Part shown: piece by piece, positions 53,930 to 64,000 of the stretch | Layout: each line of letters starts with the position of its first letter | How positions within the stretch are numbered: position 1 is the stretch's first letter | Assembly: GCA_951406725.2 (NCBI GenBank) | Contig: OX597816.1 | Span: forward strand, 172,980,001 to 173,044,000 | From: Octopus vulgaris | Taxonomy: Eukaryota | Length of the DNA stretch: 64,000 bases | Reading direction: 5' to 3' | Position numbers and translations under genes: made by a program | The notes under the pieces: model-generated | Databases searched by the model: none | Told to the model about the DNA's origin: nothing | Seen by the model: only the letters and a program-made list of their open reading frames with translations

Positions 53930-54382
53930 ATGTGTGTATAAGATTAATATAAACAGCAGGTAGTATTGTTACAAAATGTAACTAGGGTGTTAAGACACAC
54001 CTACATTGCTTGAAATAAGAACTAAAATGCTCTAATGCTGTAGTTAACGCACATGAAAGAAAACATATACACTAACAGGGAGCGGAATAGTCCGAAGAGT
54101 ACCGATCGAGAATTGTTAATACTGACGTCAGTTTCGGTAATTTCCTTTGCCTCATCAGTCCGCTCGATCTCGTCTCCTTTCGGCCTTGCTTCTGTATTAG
54201 TATATTTGTTTTCGTCATCCAAATTAAGGGATGATTTAGCGATTCGCTAATGTGTATACATAAAATTAATATAAACAGCAGGTTGCAACGTTTCACCAGA
54301 AAGGAGAAGTATAATTGTCACGAAATGTCACTAAGGCGTTAAGAAACACCTACATTGCTAGAAATAAGAGATAAATTGCTCT

Positions 54383-54385
<3 letters not shown>
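53930..54385 (-). mobile_element. Partial tandem non-coding element (period about 320-345 bp) containing a hammerhead
   Basis: 53943-54038 repeats at 54264-54385 (attaatataaacagcagg...cacctacattgct.gaaataag...gctctaat). Abuts (TA)n. Confidence 0.65.
54104..54169 (-). ncRNA. Type I hammerhead ribozyme (canonical core, weak proximal stem I)
   Basis: GATCGAG cgGA-CTGATGA-GGcAA aggaaa TTaCC-GAAA-CTGACGTCAG-TA-TTaacaatt CTCGATC. 12-nt palindromic stem III. Confidence 0.7.
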
Positions 54386-54454
<69 letters not shown>

Positions 54455-54804
54455 GTCTATTTCCCAATGCAACGTGGTCGTACGTTAGACGATGTTACTA
54501 CTTTTTAACCCCAGGAAAACATCTTTTCCTACTGACTACCGACACATGATCTGCGTCCGTATGCTGTGAACAAAGGAGAGTACTGCTCCCCTTCTAGACG
54601 TAGCGATACCTGTATACCAATAGTTTGTGTGTAATTTTTTTTCGTCGGTACAAGTCAACCGCGGGCTAGACATAACAGCCACGCGCTCTTGCTCACAGAA
54701 TATACTTTTAAAGCGACATACAATCGCTGATATCGTAAAGAGAAAAGCAACTAGATTTTAAATTTCTGTTACTGTATATTTCTCGCTCAGAGATTTAAAT
54801 TAGT

Positions 54805-54991
<187 letters not shown>

Positions 54992-55024
54992 ATACATATA
55001 CATATATAGATATATACATTTATA

Positions 55025-55073
<49 letters not shown>

Positions 55074-55334
55074 GAATGTATTTTTCCAGTGTTTACAAAT
55101 AACCCGGAAAAATACATAAACGGTTACCAGGGTAGCAAATATTTACACAAGTAACAAGGATGCAACTGCCTATTTATAAAGGCAGAAACTCCAGGTTTAG
55201 GCGAAATGTTTTGTATAATATAGATAAATAAATTAATGTAGTTAAACGCATTTGTTATTCCAATTCTTTTACCTTCGACATATATTTTGAAGACAACAGT
55301 AGTATTATTCCAGAAGGAATAAAATGGTGTAAAA

Positions 55335-55727
<393 letters not shown>

Positions 55728-57334
55728 AATTTATTCATTTCACACTTAATGTTAGTGTCTAACTCTCCAGTATTTTCCTTGAGTTTGTTAATATTTGTCT
55801 GGAAATAGGTCATCCATTTTAATTGTTATTTTTCCATTACGTTCGATCTCTCTTAGTCCATTTGTTGGCAAATGCTAACTGCAGCACAGAAAAGAACATT
55901 CGATGTCCAACAGCTGAATTCTTGTGACTAGTTGTTCCTTTGCTACTTGGCCCATTGCGGATAACCTCAGATCGTTAGGTTTTTATGTCGGTTAGTGTGT
56001 TTATTGTTCCCTCAAGCAATTGTACATTAATGTAGGAGGTGAAGTTTTATTAGAATTTTATTGTTCACTGTGCTTTGAGTTCTTTATACCTTCACCCATT
56101 ACAATTGGTTGTTTATAATTAGTTACTGCCTGTTGGTTTAATGGCAGAATGTGTTTTCAATGTTATTGTTGTTAGCGCATCAGTTGTGGTCCGTGTTGTT
56201 TACAGTCTTCTTAGGAGAAGGTTTCACAAGTCTGGGTTTTTTTTAATTTAATGTACGAGACTGATGGCCGATAGTGATAACAGAACATTTTTTCTCAACG
56301 AAGGTTACTGACGAAACTGTTAGACATTGAAATGCGAATAGCTGGGGTATTTTAGATCCCGATCTTTCTTCATCCATAGCTGAAAGAGGGCCTGTTTCCA
56401 ATCTATTTAGAGACCTTGGGATTTCAGAGACCTTGATCCAATTCAATTTGGTATGTGAGTGCGTTGTTTGCATGAAATGTTTGATATTTGTAACTTGGTG
56501 TCTATATGGTGCGGGTATGTTTGTGTGCATCTGAGCATGTATTTATGTGAATGTGGTTTAACGTGCAATGTTGAGTGAGATTGCTGTATTGAGTACTTAC
56601 GTCCAAGGTGTAAGTGTTTTCTTTCTGTATGACAATAAGCCCATACCATTGTTTATATGTTATAATTTGAACAATAGTACCTCTCATACCTGCACAATTT
56701 GACCATGGCGGAATTTGAAAGTTAGATAAAATTAAATTAAAACAAATAGTACATGTAAATTGTCTATTCGCTTGTATCCGACCATTTTACACTAGATGTA
56801 AAATGGAGTATAACATGATGTGGAACATGATGATGAGATACGCCGGAAGTGAAAAAATGTTTGAGAATCCTTGACTTAAGCCATCGATGCATTTCTTTTA
56901 GCTACAATCTACACTCAGTTTCCCTGATTAAATAGATATTAGTAATTTTACCATCATTATCGTGAATTTAGTACTTCAATTTTCGATAACTAACAACTTG
57001 AATGAGCCAGCGAGGAAGATTACACAGAGTCACTCGCCCAGCTAGAAATTGCACTCAGATCTTCCTCCAAATCCTTCGAAGGCATTTCTAGATATACAAA
57101 ATGACTGGATGGTCATTTTGGTTATAAGTATTGTCAACTCAAGCTGATCTGAGCTGAACACTGTATGAGTAACAATTTCCCTTCGAATATCTTGCGATTC
57201 TTGGTTCGTTCCACCTTGGATATATGACTTCTGCCTTAATTTCCGGTTGATCAGTACCTTGTGAGTGAAAGTTAACAGAGAAAATTGAACGAAAACCCGT
57301 GATAGATAGGTGCATGTTTGTATGCATGTGTGTA

Positions 57335-57448
<114 letters not shown>

Positions 57449-57452
57449 ACTA

Positions 57453-57518
<66 letters not shown>

Positions 57519-57548
57519 AATATATATATATATGTATATGTATATATG

Positions 57549-57613
<65 letters not shown>

Positions 57614-57618
<5 letters not shown>

Positions 57619-58185
57619 TTGGTGAATTGAAGAAATGGAGCTGAACGAAGATTGAACAGAAATCGTTTGATTTCATTCTACACGTGTTTCGAAAGGCACA
57701 ATTTACCAAAATCCGATTGAATAATGAGACCATATTGTGTCTTTCTCTTCGGGAAGAAATAGGAAATCCGTTGGAAAAAACAAAAACAGAACAGAGGCGG
57801 AGCAAAATTGCCATGGGCTCTTAGGAGCCTAGTTCGATTTGTTTTGCTCCGCCTCTGTTCTGTTTTTGTTTTTTCCCAACGGATTTCCTATTTCTTCCTG
57901 AAGAGAAAGACACAATATGGTCTCATTATTCAATCGGATTTTGGTAAATTGTGCCTTTCGAAACACGTGTAGAATGAAATAAAACGATTTCTGTTCAATC
58001 TTCGTTCAGCTCCATTTCTTCAATTCACCAATAATATTAAAATTCAATTATCCGCACCAACGCACGGTTGCAACACCATATGGTTGTACCTCCAACCGTG
58101 CTGTCTTCTGCTGTGATTTTTGCTACCAAGGTATCGGTTAAACTTTTGATTAATCTGCTACAAGATTATTCATCTTTCTATTTCA
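57614..58185. mobile_element. Fold-back pLTR-like element: arms of about 194 bp, spacer of about 33 nt, tail of about 150 bp, inside (TA)n
   Basis: 57614-57808 is the reverse complement of 57842-58035. Hammerhead in each arm; the 57671-57759 (-) copy has a CCGAAGA core. Confidence 0.88.
57891..57979 (+). ncRNA. Type I hammerhead ribozyme with extended stem II
   Basis: CTGAAGA at 57898-57904, GAAA at 57960-57963, palindrome ACACGTGT, cleavage triplet GUA at 57969-57971. Confidence 0.82.
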
Positions 58186-58202
58186 TATAATATATATATA
58201 TA

Positions 58203-58387
58203 TTACTTGTTTCAGTCATTTAACTGCGGCCATGTGCTGGAGCGCCTCCTTAAAGTATGTTAGTCGATGAAACCGACCCAGAACTTATTCTTTGTAAGCC
58301 TAGTACTTATTTTATCGGTCTCTTATGCTGAACCGCTAAACTACGAGGGTCATAAACACACCAGCATCGGTTGTCAAGCGATGGCGT

Positions 58388-58390
<3 letters not shown>
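58203..58390 (-). mobile_element. SINE family A, 3' half
   Basis: ttacttgtttcagtcattt..aaacacaccagcatcggttgtcaagcgat. Confidence 0.78.
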
Positions 58391-58438
<48 letters not shown>

Positions 58439-58447
58439 TACATACAC

Positions 58448-58489
<42 letters not shown>

Positions 58490-59679
58490 CCTATAAAATA
58501 AGGGCAAAAGAAAAATTCTAATGCCAAATATGCTGAAAATAGACAAAATAGTCGATAATCATTATAATTTATGCGTATCGAAACAAGCCGATAGAAATTC
58601 CCCCCCAAAAAATTCCGTTATTACCGTATTGGTCCCAATTTCAGAGTTAATTCATAAGAATTATGAATTATGGGTGGGTGAGTGGGTGTGTGCGTGTGTG
58701 TGTGTGTTACCGTATCAAATAAGGCCACATAATAATGCAACTAAATATATATTTCTTCTTTCTTTAACGCACCATGGCCATATGATGTAGTGTGTAGTAT
58801 TATTTAGTGCTGTGTGATGTTATTCTGAATGGTTTGGTGCAGTGTGGCATATTATGATATTACGTATGCTGTAATGTAGTACTGTATGGTGTAATATAGT
58901 GCGGCAGTATAACCTGCCGTGCTGCGGTGGGATGTGCTGTGACGTGCCGTAGTGTGTGCTGTGATGGTGTGGGGAATGTTGTGATGAATTGGTAGCATGG
59001 CAGGCGTTAAGATAGTACTGTGTTCAGAAACAGTCTTTCAAAATTGGAGGTCAGGCGAGAACGGGTGCGATTCGTTGATTGGTTTGGGAGGAAGGGAGGG
59101 CGGGTTATTGATGGTAAGAGACAGTAGAATGAAGAAAATATCGACGATTCAATCAAAATATCAACGTGTAAACGACATGTATATTAAGACATACATGTGT
59201 ATGTCGCACACGCACACACACACTCTCATACACACACACACACTCATACACACACACATATATACGCATACTGTATATTTAATTTTTTTATAGTTTCGTT
59301 AACTTTATATTATATCTTTATAATTTAATTTTTATTTTTAAAAAATAACAAAAGTTGAGTATGAGCCAAATTTTTCGTTTAAATCCACTATGGTGTGCAT
59401 GTCAGTACTTGGTAGAAGAGAAGGGAGTGTGGTAGGGGTGTGTGTAATAAGGCCACAGTCTAATGACTGAAACAAGTAAGAGATAAAAGGCAAAGTGCGC
59501 TTGTAAAGCACATGAGAGAGAGAGAGAGAGAGAGAGAGTGTGTGTGTGTGTGTGTGTGTGTGTGGTCGAATGTGGATTGGTAGTTGCTTTTGTGCAACTG
59601 TGTGTTTCTAACTTGCTTACTAAAACAATGAGGAACATTGTAAGGTGAGAGTATGAAATTATGAAGGGATTAAGCGAGA

Positions 59680-60120
59680 AGAAGGAGAAGAAGAAGAAGA
59701 AGAAGAAGAAGAAGAAGAAGAAGAAGAAGAAGAAGAAGAAGATGAAGAAGAAGAAGAAGAAGAAGAAGAAGAAGAAGGAGGAGGAAGAAGAAGAAAAAGA
59801 AGAAGGAGAAGAAGAAGAAGGAGAAGAAGAAAAAGAAGAAAAAGAAGAAAAAGGAGAAGAAGAAGAAAGAAGAAAAAGGAGAAGAAGAAGAAGAAGAAAA
59901 AGAAGAAGAAGAAGAAGAAGAAGGAGGAGAAGAAGAAGAAGAAAAAGAAGAAGAAGAAGAAGAAGAAGAAGAAGGAGGAGAAGAAGAAGAAGAAGAAGAA
60001 GGAAAGAAGAAGAAGAAGGAGAAGAAGAAGAAGAAGAAGAAGAAGAAGAGAAGAAGAAGAAGAAGAAGAAGAAGAAGAAGAAGAAGAAGAAGAAGAAGAA
60101 GAAGAAGAAGAAGAAGAAGA
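59680..60120. repeat. (GAA)n-rich polypurine tract, about 440 bp
   Basis: Direct observation. Confidence 0.96.
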
Positions 60121-61210
60121 ATGGAAATAGGATAAAAACAATCAGTATAAGAGAAAAGAAGAGAAAGTGGGGTTAAAGAAATGTTACTTTATTACTTCAA
60201 TATGAAGAAGTTGTGGAAGAAAACAAAGAGGTACAAGCTCAATATTTTATCAAGATGGCTCCGGTTATTGACCTATCATTTATATAATGACAGATCAGTT
60301 TTCGTTTTCCATTATTATCCACGAGAGTAAATTAGGAATGAAAGGGGTCCGTAGGTGAAAAATAGTTGAGAATCACTGGTCTAGAGCAATGCTGTTTTAT
60401 AAGTGAACAAGAAATAAAGAACGTTTAATGCTAAGGAATAAACTAATCAAAGAAAGGCCAGGACATATGGCTCAGCTTGCAAGATATATTCAGAAAGAAA
60501 TAGCTAAATGTATGGAACAGAGAAGTGCTTCAGGATTTGCTCCCCCAGATGTGCTGCCACCGCAATTGTCTGCTCCTGGTTCCTTAGCCACCCACCAAGA
60601 GGAAGAAAATGTGAATTCTGAGCCCCTTTACCTCAGCAAGACACTAATTCTGACAGTCCTTCACATCAAGGTATGTAAATGTGTTTAGTTGCAAATACCA
60701 GGGTTTCGGTTTAGAAGCGCTGAAATGTTTTGTTTCAATCATAAAAATTCATTTGATTTTCATTTAATTTTCTTTTATTTCTTTATTAACCAACTTGAAC
60801 TCATTTACAGGAAGTATTTTAAAGGTCAGGTGAGATGGTCACCTGCTTAGTTAAGAGTAATTTGACCACTCAATTATTCGGAGGAAAGGCAAAGTTGGCT
60901 TAAACAGATTTTGATCTGGCTTTGACTACTTTTCTTCTGACACGCCTAAACTTTCTTTACGGCCTTCCAACACACTCGGCTTCATTTCTGCAAAGGTGAA
61001 CCCTTTCAGAAACAGCACAGCTCACAACTCAGCACATACTTTCCCTCTGCATTGTTTTGTTACTTTTTGTTTCTCTCTCTTTCCCCCTCTCTCTCTCCCC
61101 TTCTCCCTCTCTCCCTCTCTCAGACTCTCTCTCCTTCTGTCACTCACTCTCTATCTCTGTCTCACTTTCTCTCCCCTCTCTCTCCCTATCTCTCCCTCTC
61201 TCTTTCTGTA

Positions 61211-61272
<62 letters not shown>

Positions 61273-62099
61273 GACAAAATTGCTTTCGCAATTTCATATA
61301 CGGTAACTGCTTGGTTCAATTTCTGTAGACATACCTAATTTTTCACGGCAGTGAATTGGCAGAATCTTTTCAGACAAAATACATTATGTCATTTGTTTCG
61401 GTTCTTCATGATCTGAGCTCAAATCTCACCGAACTCAATTTTGCCTATAACCTTCACAACGTCGATAAAATTCAGTATTATTTAAATACTGAGGTTAAAT
61501 GTTCCAAGATTCAAAATTTATTAATCGAATTATATTATTTGTCAAGTTACATTAATTATCATCATAGTTAATATAGTGAGGAGAAATAGATGTAATTGGG
61601 GAGTGAGAAGATAAAACTATAAGCACATTCACTAATATTGACTTACACAGATCCCAATGATCAGATCCCATCCCAGCGAATACATCTTAACGAACTTTAA
61701 TTACGACCAATTGTAACGAGCCCAACCTGAGAAACACACAAACTTAACAACTTCGTAGATATATGGCTGAAACTCATTCAGGTGATCAACGTTCCATAAA
61801 AAAAACCTTTCGGTACAACAAATACAAGTAACCTCAAAAGACTTAAAATTCGCTTCACCACCAAAATACCCGAACGTTAATGAAACGCAGGACAATAGCT
61901 CTCACTTTGTAGAAAATTACTTGTCTAACAAAAGAATTATTTGATAAGGAAAACAACACTGAATCAATTGTACGAAATGAAAGCAGTTACAACCCAACAA
62001 AAGGCAGAAGCAAAACAGTAAATAAATTCTGTGATTTTTATATCCAACTTCCCATATTATGAAATACAACGCCCAAAATCCAACCCAAATACCGCTCGA

Positions 62100-62213
62100 A
62101 AGAAACGACAAGTTATCCATAAACACAATAACAATAATGACATTATAACTAAAGCAGATAAAAAGAATGCTGTGGCAATTATGAATGTTGAATATTACAG
62201 AACCGCTACCGTA
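62100..62213 (+). mobile_element. Remnant of a Penelope-like ORF N-terminal region
   Basis: NDIITKADKKNAVAIMNVEYY resembles the PLE IxxADKGxxxVxM motif. Confidence 0.5.
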
Positions 62214-62607
62214 TCTCTATATATATAAAGCTGAAGTTGTCTGTGTATGGCAGGTTTGGAAGCCTTCAACTAACACTATCTCCTCCGAGATCCTTCGGCA
62301 CAAGTTGACCAATTATTGAGAGTATGATAGAAGAAGGCTTGCTCTTCCTACTGTAGAAGAAAAAATTCAAATCAGACCATGTTAACACCAAAAATCATTT
62401 ACATCAAAAAGGTGCTTTTTTTTCTATGAAAATCCCTATTTTTTACGATTTTTTTACAGCTGTGTCGCCATTTTTCGGTGTATTTCAACCAGGAAAATGT
62501 TCACTTAAAGAGAATAACAAGCTACATAATGCAAAATTTTTACTTTTCAAAAATTCCAATTCTAAAGGATCAAAACAAACCCGAGCAATGCCGAGCAATA
62601 CTGCTAG
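62214..62607 (+). mobile_element. Non-autonomous Helitron
   Basis: A|TCTCTATATATATAAA 5' end, subterminal CCCGAGCAATGCCGAG hairpin-like motif, CTAG|T 3' end, no TSD. Confidence 0.75.
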
Positions 62608-62934
62608 TTTTTACTACAAGACATCACTACCAACACGCAACAATCGACAAGAAAATTTAGCACTTTTACTCATCTCTTCTATCGGCTCGTTGTATTCTGT
62701 TATCAATTAACATTGTTGGGTATTGTCTAGTAAATAGTATTTGTCTTAGTTCTTGGAATCTTTTATTTCGAGTTTCAAAATTCAGAATGATAGAGCTCAT
62801 TCTTCGTGCTTGATTAAACTGTATTTGTTTTGGTAAGATTTGGGTGGTAAGAAGTAAAGATTAAGTATTGCTTAAAGTTTATTGGTTTGTAGTGAAACTG
62901 CGAAGAACTCTGATACAGAAGCTGCAACTACTTA

Positions 62935-63770
62935 TCCTAAGTAACTGAAGAAAATGATTGCTGAAGAGTACGTTTACAGTGTTGATGATTCTGCAATTTT
63001 CTAGAACTGCATACCTGCTATATTTTTATATTTCGAGAAGAAAAATCAACACCAGGATTTAAAGCTTCGAAAAGTCGTCCGACACTTCTTTAAGGAAGAA
63101 ATGTCACTGATGGTATGAAATTAAGCCCCTACACATGTATCAACTTTGAAAATTCAAGGGCCTTCAAGGGTTACACAAAGTTTAATCTACCTCTGATTCG
63201 GCGTTCAAATGAGAAGGCATGAATGACTAAGATCCTTTTGTCTTACCGTAGTGCCAGGCACAATATTTCCAACAAAGCATTGCTTCTTTCAGACAATGCA
63301 CGAGAAAAGTAGGCTGCTCTTTTTGATAATGTGAGAGAATATATCTCCAAGAAAACAACTTCTTTACTTCAACCATTGGATCAAGGCGTGATAGGTAACT
63401 TCAAGGCATATCATATGAGAATAACTTTCAAACAACCTATAAAACCTATTCACAAGGAGGATAAACGTACAATTAGAGATTTCTGGAAGAAATTCAACAT
63501 AATGAGTGTTGGGAATAATATAGCATGGGATGCATTGAAACCTTCAATATTGTATAATTCTTGAAAAGTATTTGACCTGACTGTATCCGTGACATTACAA
63601 GTTTTCTTCAAACAGAAAGTCTACATCAAATTCGGATAGGTATAGCAATACTTGCAAAGGATGTAGGATTTGAAGAAGTCAGAGAATGATGTGTGTGAGT
63701 TGCTCGAGTACCAGAGAGAAGGTTCATCTAACGAGGAGCTGATGCTGTGAGAAAAAGAACAAGCTGAGAA
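62935..63770 (+). mobile_element. pogo/Tigger-type DDE transposase remnant
   Basis: VYSVDDSAIF, PGFKASKSR, ENSRAFKG, ALLLSDNA, TTSLLQPLDQGVIGNFKAY and IRDFWKKFNI, with multiple stops. Confidence 0.87.
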
Positions 63771-64000
63771 TACAGATGAAACAATGTAATTTCCACCTAC
63801 ATCACTAAAATTGGAAACAAGATTATTGCCTTCAAGCTGATGCTGGTGATAATGAACTATAAGATAGCAAATCCTCAACCTCCTAGGAAAGTTCACTCCA
63901 CCCCCACCCCATACCCAGTCAGCAACATATTTTGTGGTAAGAATGTTTTCTTATGATACTACGATTCTTATTAAATATTTCTCTGTTTTTATATATCTAT

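Noticed and set aside
55740-56700. Possible decayed PLE endonuclease region on the minus strand
   Set aside because: Similarity is too faint to call without a profile search.
59659-60176. K/E/R-rich 171-aa ORF
   Set aside because: Translation of a (GAA)n tract.

Overview
AT-rich eukaryotic non-coding DNA, inferred to be from an octopus/coleoid cephalopod genome (SINE types, extreme microsatellite load). I find no supportable host protein-coding gene: almost all ORFs in the track are microsatellite read-throughs and the rest are decayed transposon fragments. These include Penelope-like RT/GIY-YIG elements, RLE-type and CR1/RTE LINEs, a Gypsy LTR element, mariner and pogo transposases, a Helitron, MITEs and two tRNA-derived SINE families. 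The main unexplained structure is a swarm of short, non-coding Penelope-terminal-repeat (pLTR)-like elements, mostly inserted in (TA)n. They carry about 17 minimal type I hammerhead ribozyme motifs from about 9 sequence families. Three families have a compensated U3:A8 core instead of C3:G8, and five elements share an inverted arm / spacer / direct arm / tail fold-back layout. Everything was read and folded by eye, so coordinates may be off by a few nt and no activity has been tested.
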